NCBI GenBank assembly: GCA_965279525.1
Contig: CBDIIB010000004.1
Location: forward strand, 1-64,000
Direction of reading: 5' to 3'
Length of the DNA: 64,000 nt
From: Tagaea sp.
GTDB taxonomy: Bacteria > Pseudomonadota > Alphaproteobacteria > CACIAM-22H2
Part shown: in pieces, positions 29,208 to 38,971 of the stretch
Layout: each line of letters starts with the position of its first letter
How positions within the stretch are numbered: the stretch's first letter is position 1
Position numbers and translations under genes: made by a program
The notes under the pieces: model-generated
Databases searched by the model: none
What the model was told of the DNA's origin: nothing
What the model saw: the letters and a program-made list of their open reading frames with translations, nothing else

Positions 29208-29993
29208 TCAGAACGGGGAAACGATGTCGAAGAGCTGTTGTCCCCAGCGCGGCTGCTGGAAGTCGGTGATCTGGCCCTTGCCGCCGTAGGCGATGCGCGC
29301 CTCAGCCAACTGGTCCTGCTTGATTGTATTGGCCGAAGTGATGTCCTGCGGGCGAATCACGCCGGCCAGCTGCAGGATGCGGGCTTCGTAGTTGACCCGG
29401 ACCTCCTGCGTGGCCGAGACGACGTAGTTCCCGTTCGGCAGCACCTGCGTGATGATCGCCGCGACGCGCAGCGAAACGGTTTCCGCCCGCTGGATCCGGC
29501 CGGTGCCGTTGTTCGAGGTGGCCGAGCTCAGACCGCCCAGCGAGATCGGGTTCGTGGCGCTGGTTCCCGTCATCGGCGTCCGGTTGGCGCCCGGCAGGCG
29601 CTCGATCAGGCTCTGCGTGCCGAAGCCGAGGATCTGCGAGCTGACGTCGGCCGATTCCGAGTTGGTGCGCGCGCGGGTCGTCGTGTTGCTGAAATCGGCG
29701 CTCTCGTTCGTGATATCGACGATGACCGTGACGATGTCGCCGATCTGGCTGGCGCGATTGTCCTTGAAGAACTGACGCGCACCGGTGCGCCAGAGCGAGG
29801 CGCCGCCGCGGCCGTCGTCTTCGAGACGCGCGGGCGTGGGCATCGTGATCTTCGCGTTGGTTTCCGCCGGGTTCTTGATCTGCGAGAGGGCCGGACCCTG
29901 GCCCAGCTCGGAGAGCCGGTCGAACGTGTTGCCGCAGGCCGCGAGGCTGGAAGCGGCAAGTGCCACGATGGCGAGGCGGGGGAGGGACTTCAT
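29208..29993 (-). CDS. flgH: Flagellar L-ring protein FlgH
   Basis: Lipobox LAAC; FFKDNRASQIGDIVTV, VLPNGN, GVIRPQDI and AEARIAYGGKGQITD.QQP. Confidence 0.93.
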   Translation of the reverse strand: MKSLPRLAIVALAASSLAACGNTFDRLSELGQGPALSQIKNPAETNAKITMPTPARLEDDGRGGASLWRTGARQFFKDNRASQIGDIVTVIVDITNESADFSNTTTRARTNSESADVSSQILGFGTQSLIERLPGANRTPMTGTSATNPISLGGLSSATSNNGTGRIQRAETVSLRVAAIITQVLPNGNYVVSATQEVRVNYEARILQLAGVIRPQDITSANTIKQDQLAEARIAYGGKGQITDFQQPRWGQQLFDIVSPF

Positions 29994-30022
29994 GACGTGC
30001 TCCATTCTTCCTGGAAGTCTTT

Positions 30023-30979
30023 TCACTGGGGCATCAGGGCGGCGACGCGCGGACCGATCGACACGGCAACCGTGTCGGGACCGATGACGACACCCTCGAG
30101 CTGGCGGTTCGAGGTCGTGTTGAGGATGCGGATCGTGTCGCCGCGGGCACCTTCCTCGATCGCACGGCCCTGTGCGCTGAGGCTGAGATTGCCGAACTGC
30201 AGCACGATGGTGACGCTGGCGTTGCGTGCCACAAGCGTGGCCGGGCGGACGTCGGTCTCGCGCACCGGTTCGCGTTCGCGAAGGCGCTGGCGGGCGGTCT
30301 GGCCGATCAGCTTGTCCGGGCTCGCGACCAGGTTGCTCTTGCCGGCGTCCTCGCGGACCCGGGCCATCTCGATGTCCTGGGCACGGATCGTCTCGCCGGC
30401 GGCGATGGCGCGGCGAAGGACGGGCAGGTTGGCCGTCGCGAAAACGCGGCCCTGGACGGTGGCGCGCTGGGCGCCGGCATGGTTGCCGCCGGCATGCAGC
30501 GTGGCGGTGAAGCGGCCGGTCGTGCGGTCGAGCTGGACCTGGCGCACGTCGATGTCGGCGGGCGCATCGAGCGGCAGCGAGATCGTGAAGTTGCGGCTGC
30601 CGAGGTCGATCTCGTCGCTGGCGCGCATGCCTTCGAGGACGAGCGCACGGCGCAGGGCCGGGACGATTTCGGCCTGATCGAGGGTCTTGCCCATGCGCTC
30701 GACCAGCACGCGGTCGAAGCGGGTCTGCGGGCGCCAGGCAAGCCCGTTGGCGCGTGCGATCGCCATGAGCTGCTGGATCTCGATCGACGCGCGGCGGCCG
30801 GGGGAAGGGGCGCGCAGGACGGCGCGATCGCTCGCCACACCGTCGAACAGGTCGGAAAGCATGACCAGATCGCCTTCGACGACGACCACGTCGGTGCGCA
30901 GGCTCTGCGCCGGGGCCGGCGAGGCGGCCGCGACGATCGCGGTGACGATGAAGACGAGGAGGAGGGCGAAGGACTTCAT
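30023..30979 (-). CDS. flgA: P-ring formation chaperone FlgA
   Basis: Signal peptide, SAF domain, and LSAQGRAIEEGARGDTIRILNTTSNR. Confidence 0.9.
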   Translation of the reverse strand: MKSFALLLVFIVTAIVAAASPAPAQSLRTDVVVVEGDLVMLSDLFDGVASDRAVLRAPSPGRRASIEIQQLMAIARANGLAWRPQTRFDRVLVERMGKTLDQAEIVPALRRALVLEGMRASDEIDLGSRNFTISLPLDAPADIDVRQVQLDRTTGRFTATLHAGGNHAGAQRATVQGRVFATANLPVLRRAIAAGETIRAQDIEMARVREDAGKSNLVASPDKLIGQTARQRLREREPVRETDVRPATLVARNASVTIVLQFGNLSLSAQGRAIEEGARGDTIRILNTTSNRQLEGVVIGPDTVAVSIGPRVAALMPQ

Positions 30980-31004
30980 GGACGTTCTCCAGAACGGGGG
31001 ACGA

Positions 31005-31790
31005 TCAGCGGAGCTGGTTGACCACGTTCAGCATCTGGTCGGAGGCCTGGATGACCTTCGAGTTCATCTCGTAGGCGCGCTGGGCCGTGATCAGCGAGGT
31101 GACCTCGTTGACCGCGTTGACGTTCGAGGCTTCGACGAAGCCCTGCTGGAGCGTGCCAACGCCGGCGGTACCGGCCGTGCCCGTGACGGCGTCGCCCGAG
31201 GCGGCCGTCGGCATGAAGCTCGTGTTGCCGATCGGCAGGAGGCCCGCTTCGTTGACGAACGTCGCCATCGTGAACTGGCCGACCTGCTGGGCCGTGTTCT
31301 GGCCCGGCAGCTGGACGAACACCTGGCCCGACTGGTTGACCGAGATGCTTGTCGCCGTCTGCGGGATCTGGCCGGGGCCGATGACCGGGAAGCCGTCTGC
31401 CGTGACGACCGTGCCCTGGTTGTTGAGCTGCAGTGAGCCGGCGCGGGTATAGGCCGTTTCGCCGGTCGGCAGCGTCACCTGGAAGAAGCCGCGGCCCTGG
31501 ATCGCGAGATCGAGGGAGTTGTCGGTCTTCAGCAGCGAGCCCTGCTCGTGGATGCGGTAGACGGCCGTCGGCTTGACGCCGAGGCCGATCTGGATGCCGG
31601 CCGGGACCGTGCCGCCGGCGTCCGACGCCGCCGTGCCCGCGCGGCGCTGGCCCTGGTAGAGGAGGTCCTGGAACTCCGCGCGCTGGCGCTTGAAGCCGGT
31701 GGTGTTGAGGTTGGCGATGTTGTTCGAAATGACTTCCACGTTCAGCTGCTGAGCGAGCATCCCGGTGGCGGCGGTGTTGAGAGAGCGCAT
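31005..31790 (-). CDS. flgG: Distal rod protein FlgG
   Basis: ATGMLAQQLNVEVISNNIANLNTTGFKRQRAEFQDLLYQ and AQRAYEMNSK. Confidence 0.95.
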   Translation of the reverse strand: MRSLNTAATGMLAQQLNVEVISNNIANLNTTGFKRQRAEFQDLLYQGQRRAGTAASDAGGTVPAGIQIGLGVKPTAVYRIHEQGSLLKTDNSLDLAIQGRGFFQVTLPTGETAYTRAGSLQLNNQGTVVTADGFPVIGPGQIPQTATSISVNQSGQVFVQLPGQNTAQQVGQFTMATFVNEAGLLPIGNTSFMPTAASGDAVTGTAGTAGVGTLQQGFVEASNVNAVNEVTSLITAQRAYEMNSKVIQASDQMLNVVNQLR

Positions 31791-31814
31791 GGGTCTATCT
31801 CCTGATCAATGGGT

Positions 31815-32561
31815 TCAAGCGACGCGGGCGAGCGTACCGATCGCCTTCAGCGCGCGCTGGTGTTCGCTGTCGAGGATCTTCTGCGCGGATTCGTACCGGC
31901 GCACGATGTCGAGCATCTGGGTGAGTTCGTTGACCGAGACGACGTTCGAGCCCTCGAGCATGCCCTGGTGGATCTCGGCCTTCGGGTCGGCGGGAACGGG
32001 GTCGACGGTGCTGGAATAGAGACCGCCGCCAAGACGCGTCAGCGCCTGTTCGTCGGGGAACGAGACGAGGCGGATGCGGCCCACGCGGTTGTTGCCGCCG
32101 TAGATCTCGCCCTGCTTGGTGACCTCGATGTCGGTCTCGTTGGGGTTGAGGCGCAGCGGCTGGTTGTTCTGGTCGAGGAGGGCGAAGCCCTCGGCGTTGA
32201 CGAGCGTGCCGTTGGCGTCGAGGCGGAAGTTGCCGTCGCGGGTGAAGCGCTGGCCGACCGGCGTGTCGACGACGAAATAGGCGTTGCCGTTGACCATCAT
32301 GTCGAGCGGGGCTTCGGTCTTGACCGCCTGGCCCGGCCGCGTGTCGCGGTAGGTGCCGATGCCCTCGACGAAGGCAAGCTTGCTGGCGCCGTCGCCGCCG
32401 ATGCCGGGGTTGCCCGCCTTGTTCGTCAGGTACGACGCAAAGAGCAGGCGCTCGGAACGGAAGCCCGTCGTGTTCTGGTTCGCCAGGTTGTTGGCGACCG
32501 TTTCCATCTGGCGGCGCAGCGCGTGCTGGTGCGAGATCGCAAGGTATGAAGGGTTTTCCAT
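31815..32561 (-). CDS. flgF: Proximal rod protein FlgF
   Basis: VANNLANQNTTGFR, FTRDGNF and QGMLEGSNV; upstream of flgG. Confidence 0.9.
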   Translation of the reverse strand: MENPSYLAISHQHALRRQMETVANNLANQNTTGFRSERLLFASYLTNKAGNPGIGGDGASKLAFVEGIGTYRDTRPGQAVKTEAPLDMMVNGNAYFVVDTPVGQRFTRDGNFRLDANGTLVNAEGFALLDQNNQPLRLNPNETDIEVTKQGEIYGGNNRVGRIRLVSFPDEQALTRLGGGLYSSTVDPVPADPKAEIHQGMLEGSNVVSVNELTQMLDIVRRYESAQKILDSEHQRALKAIGTLARVA

Positions 32562-32619
32562 CGTCTTGGTTCCGCTTGGTCCGTTGTCGATCGCCCTCTG
32601 ATGGGGCACGCCTTCCCTA

Positions 32620-32714
32620 AGCAGCCGATGTGCCACTTGGAAAACTTATGAAAATCAACATCTTGAGCGTGGGCGGCCACCCCGGAAAATGTCCGCCCGG
32701 CAATTCCTGCCGGG
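32620..32714 (-). promoter_or_regulatory. Sigma-54 promoter of the flgFGAH operon plus ftr site
   Basis: Minus strand TGGCACATCGGCTGCT at 32635-32620; palindromic CCCGGCAATTCCTGCCGGG at 32696-32714. Confidence 0.65.
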
Positions 32715-32781
32715 GCGAAGCTGCCGTTTCAGCCCGGTGCGGAAGACGTTAAAGTCGGGCCAGATATTGGGGGTAAGACCG

Positions 32782-33288
32782 ATGGATCGGGACGTTCTGG
32801 TACGACAGCTCGACGACGCCTTCGCCAACCGCGCACTCTTATACTGGGAGATCTACAACGCCTTCGCCGCCGAGGTCGGTCCGGACCGGGCCGCCGACAT
32901 CCTTGGCAAGGCGATCGAGCGCCGCGGCGAAGCGGCCGGCAAGGCGCTCTTCGGGCGTATCGAAAACCCCACCCCGACGAAGGTCGCGGACGCTTTCCTC
33001 GCCGTCAGCCCCGACAATGGCCGCCTCTTTCCCCACACCCGGACGAATGCGCCGGACGGCAGCGTCCATGTCGCGGTGTCGCGCTGTCCGCTCCAGGACG
33101 CCTGGCGCAAGGCCGGCCTCGACGACGGCCAGCAGGCGCTGATGTGCCGGATCGCCGGACGCTTCGACAATGGCTGTTTCGGGGCCGCCGGGATCGGTTT
33201 CAGCGCCGAAACATGGGTTCCGGGCAAGGACGGCTGCTGCCGGTTGCACCTTCTGCCGGCCGAAACGGACGCCAAATCCGGCCGTTGA
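32782..33288 (+). CDS. ATC-hydrolase-like (L-2-amino-thiazoline-4-carboxylic acid hydrolase family) protein
   Basis: NRALLYWEIY, CPLQDAW, MCRIA..D and GCC pattern. Confidence 0.6.
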   Translation: MDRDVLVRQLDDAFANRALLYWEIYNAFAAEVGPDRAADILGKAIERRGEAAGKALFGRIENPTPTKVADAFLAVSPDNGRLFPHTRTNAPDGSVHVAVSRCPLQDAWRKAGLDDGQQALMCRIAGRFDNGCFGAAGIGFSAETWVPGKDGCCRLHLLPAETDAKSGR

Positions 33289-33372
33289 ATCGCGCCGGGC
33301 GCTCGGGCATAGTCCGCGCCCGTCCGGACCGGCCCCTTCCCCGGGGGCCAAATCCAAGGCCCGGCGACCTGA

Positions 33373-33449
33373 CGGAGCGTAGCGCAGCCCGGTAGCGCAT
33401 CAGTCTGGGGGACTGGGGGTCGCAGGTTCGAATCCTGTCGCTCCGACCA
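33373..33449 (+). tRNA. tRNA-Pro (anticodon GGG)
   Basis: 77-nt cloverleaf from CGGAGCG to CGCTCCG-ACCA; anticodon loop CTGGGGG, T-arm GGTTCGAATCC, encoded CCA. Confidence 0.95.
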
Positions 33450-33468
33450 AATCGACTAAATAAAACAG

Positions 33469-33497
33469 GGCCCTGGCGAGAGATCGCCAGGGCCTTT
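33469..33497 (+). terminator. Terminator after tRNA-Pro (near-identical copy after the repeat at 44063)
   Basis: ggccctggcga-gaga-tcgccagggcc-ttt. Confidence 0.75.
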
Positions 33498-33619
33498 CTC
33501 ATGCGAGACTATGTGCGGCAGGCGGGAGCGGGATGGGGTGCGTCGATTTGAATTGAACCCGCTTTCACCACGTTGCACGACCAAGCGTTTCAGGAAAGTC
33601 GTACGAGTCATTTGAGGCG

Positions 33620-33895
33620 GCTTTGTCGGACGGCGTGGCGAGAACGAGTTTGAGGTGGCGGGCTGCTCGCTTGATGCCGGTTTCGATGGCGATGCGCGCG
33701 GCCGCTCCATCGCGCGCCTATACGTGTCACAGAGGTGCCTCGCGGACAGGCGTGACGCTTACTCCGAGTTCGTCGGCAAGTTGGCGAAGGCGCAGTGTCT
33801 GTCGAGGCGGAAACCGTCAGGCCATCAGGGCTTTGCGGATGATCCGATAAATCTGCGCGCAGAGAATCTCCTTTCGGTAGGGATCAAGTTCGTTC
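33620..33895 (-). pseudogene. GntR-family regulator pseudogene
   Basis: Reads QIYRIIRKALMA*RFPPRQTLRLRQLADELGVSVTPVREAPL*HV*ARDGAAARIAI: a GntR wHTH with in-frame stops joined to an FCD-like tail. Confidence 0.7.
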
Positions 33896-34018
33896 AAGAC
33901 TGCCGATGAGTTCGGGACGTGGCATGCGTCCGAGCGCAACATTTGCACCCGGAGCGAAAACTTTATGCCATCGGATGTGACCATGAGGATCCGGCTCTCC
34001 AGGCACCCGATTGCCTGA

Positions 34019-34687
34019 TCAGGCGCCAGAGCGTGAATTGAAGATGCCGATCGCGCGACGCGAACGCTCGGCGATGTCTTTCCAGTTTGCCGCTTCGATG
34101 ACGTCGCGCGGTGCGAGCCACGCGCCCCCGGCCGCGAAGCAGTTTTCGAGTGCAAGATAGGTGAGGAAGTTGGCGTCACCGATCCCCCCTGTCGGGCAGA
34201 AGCGGATGTCGGGATAGAGCGGCAGCACGTGCTTCAGCGCCGCGATACCGCCGAACAGATCGGCCGGGAAAAACTTGAGCTCATGAAAGCCATGCTCGCG
34301 CGCGATCAGCATCTCCGACGGCGTGACGGCGCCGGGTATGTACGGCAACCGGATCCCGGCAGCCGCAGCGGCGAGGCGGTCGGTCAGCGCGGGACTTACC
34401 GCGAACTGTGCGCCGGCGTCGCGCGCCTGTGCCAACTGTTCGGGCTTCGTGACGGTGCCCACGCCGACGACAGCTTCGGGGAACGCCTTGCGCATCCGCT
34501 GGATCACCGCCAGCGCGCTGGCACTGCGCAGCGTCACTTCCAAGGCGACCAGTCCACCGCCGACCAGTGCTTCGGCCAACGGTTCGGCATGGTCGGCATT
34601 CTCGACATGCAGGACCGGAATGAGCGGCGGGCGCTTTCCGATCAGGGTGGCGAGCGACGGGCGATCGGTGGTCGAAGCTTCAGTCAT
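34019..34687 (-). CDS. eda: KDPG/KHG aldolase
   Basis: LEVTLRS, VGVGTV, FAVSP, PGAVTPSE, LKFFPA and FCPTGGI. Confidence 0.88.
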   Translation of the reverse strand: MTEASTTDRPSLATLIGKRPPLIPVLHVENADHAEPLAEALVGGGLVALEVTLRSASALAVIQRMRKAFPEAVVGVGTVTKPEQLAQARDAGAQFAVSPALTDRLAAAAAGIRLPYIPGAVTPSEMLIAREHGFHELKFFPADLFGGIAALKHVLPLYPDIRFCPTGGIGDANFLTYLALENCFAAGGAWLAPRDVIEAANWKDIAERSRRAIGIFNSRSGA

Positions 34688-35041
34688 GGAAGTCTCTCTT
34701 TCGGGGAAACTCTGCGGTTTGGCGGGTCGGCCGAGGCGACTGATAGGCCTGTGCCGGAGGGCTACGCATCTTGTCAACCGTCTCCGGTCGCGCCGCAAGG
34801 GCGTAGGCCCGCACAGAATCAGACCAGGGTCGTCGAGGATAAGGTCGCCGATCGCCTGCATAGCGGCAGGCATGCCGCCGGCGAGGCTGGGGGGGGCAAT
34901 ACCTGAGCCGTCGCAGTCCCCGAAGCGCCGTTTGGCGGCACCAAGCATAGCGGCTATGGTCGCGAGGGCGGGGCTTCGGTAATCTACGAATATCTAACAC
35001 CAAGTTCGTCCACACGCGCCTGACGGCCTGACGGCGGGAAC

Positions 35042-36775
35042 ATGAGCAAGAAAATCGAACTGTCGGACCTGCGCAGCCAGCGCTGGTTCGGGGCCGCGGG
35101 CCAGCCCGGCAACCACAAGTCCTATCGCACGAAGCAGATGGGCTTCACGAGCGAGGATTTCCAGAAGAAGCCGGTGATCGGTATCCTCAGCACGTGGTCC
35201 GATCTCAACAGCTGCCATACCCATTTCCCGCAGCGTATCGAGGAAATCAAGCGAGGCGTCTGGCAAGCCGGCGGCTTCCCGGTCGTGATGCCCACACTCA
35301 GCGTCGGCGAGACGTTCGTGCGTCCCAGTACGCTGATCTACCGCAACCTGCTGGCGATCGACGCCGAAGAGATCCTGCGCTCTCACCCGATCGATGGTGT
35401 CGTGCTTCTCGGCGGCTGCGACAAGACGACGCCGGGGCTGGTCATGGGAGCCGCGTCGATGAACATCCCGGCGATCTTCGTGCCGGCCGGCGCCATGCTG
35501 CGCGGCAACTGGCGTGGCCAGACTCTTGGCAGCGGTTCGAGCACCTGGAAAGCGCTTGCCGATTTCCGTGCCGGCAAGATCGACGAGCAGACCTGGCGCA
35601 GCTTCGGCGAGGGGACGTCACGCTCGCCGGGTACCTGCAATGTGATGGGAACCGCCTCGACGATGACGAGCCTCGTCGATGTGTTGGGTTTGACTCTTCC
35701 GGGCGCAAGCTCGATCCCGGCGGTCGATTCCCGGCATTCGCAGATGGCCTCCCTGTCGGGCCGGCGTATCGTCGACATGGTGTGGGAGGACTTGCGCCCA
35801 AAGGCTTTCATCACGGCGAATAGCTTCCGAAACGCCGTCATTGCCGACATGGCGCTGTCGGGGTCGACGAATTCCCTGATCCATCTCGTCGCGATGGCCC
35901 GCCGGCTCGGGCTGGAACTGTCGCTCGATGATTTTGCATCAGCCAGCGAGACTGTTCCGGTCATCTGCAATCTGCAACCCAGCGGCAAGTATCTGATGGA
36001 AGATTTCTATTACGCGGGCGGGCTGCCTGTGCTGCTGTCGCGCCTAAAGGACCATCTCGACCTCTCGTGCATGACCGCGAATGGCCATTCATTGGGCAGC
36101 AATATTGCCGACGCGCAGGTCTACGACGACGATGTCATCCGGCCGGTCGCGGATCCCGTCTATGCCAGCGGGGGGCTTGTCGTGCTGCGCGGGAACCTTG
36201 CGCCTCGTGGTGCGGTTCTGAAGCGCGCGGCGGCCGATCCCAAGCTGCTGCAGCACACCGGCCCGGCGGTCGTGTTCAAGAATTTCAAGGACATGCTTGC
36301 CCGCGTCGATGATCCGGACCTGCAGGTGACAGCCGACAGCGTGCTCGTTTTGCAGGATGGCGGCCCGGTCGGCGGTCCCGGCATGCCGGAATGGGGAATG
36401 CTGCCGATCCCGAAAAAACTGCTGGAGCAAGGCGTGCGCGACATGGTGCGCATCTCCGACGCGCGCATGAGCGGCACGAGCTACGGCACTTGCGTGTTGC
36501 ATGTTTGCCCCGAAAGCCGCGTGGGCGGGCTGCTCGGGTTGGTGCGCGATGGAGATCCGATCCGGCTGGATACGAAGGCGCGCACGCTCGACCTGCTGGT
36601 CGACGTGGCGGAGATCGAGGCCCGTCGCAAGGTCTGGGTCGCTCCGCCGCCGCACTACGAGCGTGGGTACGGTGCACTATTCTCCGAGCACGTGCTGCAG
36701 GCCGATGAAGGCTGCGACCTCGATTTCCTCGCGCGGCCCGGCGACATCCCGGATCCCGAGGCACGCTTCTCCTGA
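35042..36775 (+). CDS. IlvD/Edd-family sugar-acid dehydratase (arabinonate/xylonate-type)
   Basis: LNSCH, LLGGCDKTTP, PGTCNVMGTASTM and SDARMSGTSYG. Confidence 0.88.
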   Translation: MSKKIELSDLRSQRWFGAAGQPGNHKSYRTKQMGFTSEDFQKKPVIGILSTWSDLNSCHTHFPQRIEEIKRGVWQAGGFPVVMPTLSVGETFVRPSTLIYRNLLAIDAEEILRSHPIDGVVLLGGCDKTTPGLVMGAASMNIPAIFVPAGAMLRGNWRGQTLGSGSSTWKALADFRAGKIDEQTWRSFGEGTSRSPGTCNVMGTASTMTSLVDVLGLTLPGASSIPAVDSRHSQMASLSGRRIVDMVWEDLRPKAFITANSFRNAVIADMALSGSTNSLIHLVAMARRLGLELSLDDFASASETVPVICNLQPSGKYLMEDFYYAGGLPVLLSRLKDHLDLSCMTANGHSLGSNIADAQVYDDDVIRPVADPVYASGGLVVLRGNLAPRGAVLKRAAADPKLLQHTGPAVVFKNFKDMLARVDDPDLQVTADSVLVLQDGGPVGGPGMPEWGMLPIPKKLLEQGVRDMVRISDARMSGTSYGTCVLHVCPESRVGGLLGLVRDGDPIRLDTKARTLDLLVDVAEIEARRKVWVAPPPHYERGYGALFSEHVLQADEGCDLDFLARPGDIPDPEARFS

Positions 36776-36791
36776 CCACGCGGCCGAAACG

Positions 36792-37970
36792 TCATACGCG
36801 ATGGACGTCGACCCACTTGCCGAGCTTTGTCGAGGCCAGGCACGCTTCGACGAATGCGAGGCCGTCGGCGCCCTCTTCGGCCATCGGTACGCTCGAAAAA
36901 AGCGGATCGGGCGCCATGTTGAGCCGGCGCGCGGCAACGAGTTCGGCGAAGTCCCGATAGAGATTCGCGAACGCCTCGAAGAATGCTTCCGGATGGCCGG
37001 CGGGAATGCGCGCGGCGGCGCGGGCGAGGGGATGCAGCGTGGGAAGGCCGCGCGTGCGGATCTCGGCCGGGCAGGCATTTCGCATGAAGCGCAATTCATT
37101 TGCCGTGGCCTGCTTCCAGGAAATGCCTCCGGCCTCGCCGTAAGCCTCGATCGACAGCGCGTTCTCGGCACCCGTTGCCGCTTTTGTGACGAACAGGGCA
37201 CCTCGCGCCCCGCCTTCGAGGCGGACGATCACCGATGCCGTGTCGTGTGCGGTACGGCCCGGAATGACCGCCCCGACGTCGGCAAGTACCGCCTCGATCC
37301 GCCGGCCAGTGACATAGCCGACAAGCTGATGCACGTGCGTGCCGATATCGCCGAGTACATGGCTGAGGCCGCCGCGCAGGGGATCGAGCCGCCATCGCAG
37401 CCGGTCGGGGATCTGTTCCGGATGGTCCTCGACGCGCGTGCCGAGCGAGCCCTGCAAATAGGACGCATGGACCACACGCAACTGGCCGATTTCGCCGGCA
37501 GCAATGGCGGCGCGCGCCTCGCGGACCATCGGATAGCCCGAATAGTTGTGCGTGACGCAGAGCAGGCGCTTGCGTGCCTTGGCGCGCGCGACGAGGTCGA
37601 GCGACGAGGCGAGATCGTTGGTCAGCGGCTTGTCACAGATCACGTCGAGTCCGGCATCGAGTGCGAGTGCGGCGTAGCCGTGATGGCTGTCATTCGGTGT
37701 CATGATGGCGACCGCGTCGATCCCGTCGGATCGTGCGGCTTCGCCGGCAACCATCGCCGCCACGCTTTCGTAGCCGCGCGGCAGGCCGAGGCGGGCGGCC
37801 TCCGAGAGCGCCTTATCTTTGTTCGATGACAGCGCGCCGGCGACGATGTCGAAGCATTCGTCGAGGCGTGCCGCGACGCGATGGACGGGACCGATCAACG
37901 CGCCGCTGCCGCCGCCGATGAGGCCGAGGCGCACGCGGCGGCCGAGTTTCGCAAGTGCGGGAGTCGACAT
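36792..37970 (-). CDS. Gfo/Idh/MocA oxidoreductase
   Basis: LGLIGGG.G..IG.VHR, ICDKPL, GDIGTH and PAGHPEAFFEAFANLY. Confidence 0.88.
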   Translation of the reverse strand: MSTPALAKLGRRVRLGLIGGGSGALIGPVHRVAARLDECFDIVAGALSSNKDKALSEAARLGLPRGYESVAAMVAGEAARSDGIDAVAIMTPNDSHHGYAALALDAGLDVICDKPLTNDLASSLDLVARAKARKRLLCVTHNYSGYPMVREARAAIAAGEIGQLRVVHASYLQGSLGTRVEDHPEQIPDRLRWRLDPLRGGLSHVLGDIGTHVHQLVGYVTGRRIEAVLADVGAVIPGRTAHDTASVIVRLEGGARGALFVTKAATGAENALSIEAYGEAGGISWKQATANELRFMRNACPAEIRTRGLPTLHPLARAAARIPAGHPEAFFEAFANLYRDFAELVAARRLNMAPDPLFSSVPMAEEGADGLAFVEACLASTKLGKWVDVHRV

Positions 37971-37981
37971 GTTCGGTTCTC

Positions 37982-38779
37982 TCAGCGCAGGCCGGCGTTC
38001 ACGAGAAGCATCTGTTTGGTGATCATCCGGCTGTCGTCGGCTGCAAGGAACAGTGCGGCATCGGCAACGTCCTGCTCGCGGACCATTTCAGGAATGCATT
38101 GCTGCGCGAGGATGCGGGCTGTCGATTCTGGCGTGTGCCAAAGCCGCATCTGCCGTTCGGTCATCACGGCACCCGGAGCAAGCGCGTTTACGCGGATGCG
38201 GTCGGGACCGAGCTGCCGGGCAAGAGAATTCGTCAACCCGACAATGCCGGCTTTCGCGGCGCTATAGGCTTGGAGGTCGGCGATGCCGCCGACCCATGCG
38301 CCGGAACTGACATTCACGATCGAGCCACCGCCGGCGGCGCGCATCTGCGGGGCGACGGACTGGGCGGCGAAGAAGTGGGGCCGCAGGTTGATGTCGATCG
38401 ACCGATCGAAGCTCTCGGGAGTCACCTCGGCAAAAGGCTGGCGTGAATCGTTTGCCGCGTTGTTGATCAGGATCGTCGCATTGCCGAGCCGCTTTCCGAT
38501 CGCGCCGATGGCCGCCTGGAACGCGGCGATGTCTGTCAGATCGCAATGCGTATAGGTCGGTGCCGTGTGTCCGGCGGCTGCAATTTCGTGCAGGAGCCTC
38601 TCAGCCGGCTCGTCCTGGATGTCCAAAAATGCGACGTGCGCGCCGTTCGCCGCGAACGCTCGTACGATCGCCTCGCCGATCCCCGATGCGCCGCCCGTGA
38701 CGATCGCGACACGACCTGCCAAGCTTGGATAGCGCGCGCCGCCGCCGCGCTTGTCATTTTGCTGATTCATCGGGTACAC
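37982..38779 (-). CDS. SDR, D-xylose/pentose dehydrogenase-like
   Basis: YPSLAGR..IVTGGASGIG, NNAAND.R, YSAAK and PGAVMTERQ..LW, resembling Caulobacter XylB-type enzymes. Confidence 0.78.
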   Translation of the reverse strand: MYPMNQQNDKRGGGARYPSLAGRVAIVTGGASGIGEAIVRAFAANGAHVAFLDIQDEPAERLLHEIAAAGHTAPTYTHCDLTDIAAFQAAIGAIGKRLGNATILINNAANDSRQPFAEVTPESFDRSIDINLRPHFFAAQSVAPQMRAAGGGSIVNVSSGAWVGGIADLQAYSAAKAGIVGLTNSLARQLGPDRIRVNALAPGAVMTERQMRLWHTPESTARILAQQCIPEMVREQDVADAALFLAADDSRMITKQMLLVNAGLR

Positions 38780-38971
38780 GGCTTAGTTTCCGCCAGCACT
38801 ATTGTCAACGGTCCGGCGATGCGGACGATATGCTGGCCGTCTTCCCGCCCTCGAATCATCCGAAGACCGGTCCGGAGACGAACGAGCTCATCCGGACTTC
38901 CCAGGCTCAGTCCGTGTAGGCAGCTTGGCAGCGTATTGACGGAATCCGGGAGAGGCAGCGGTAGGCGGGGT

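Noticed and set aside
34688-34948. N-terminal extension of the aldolase ORF (309 aa)
   Set aside because: Family similarity and the RBS support a start at 34687; the extension has no recognisable motif.
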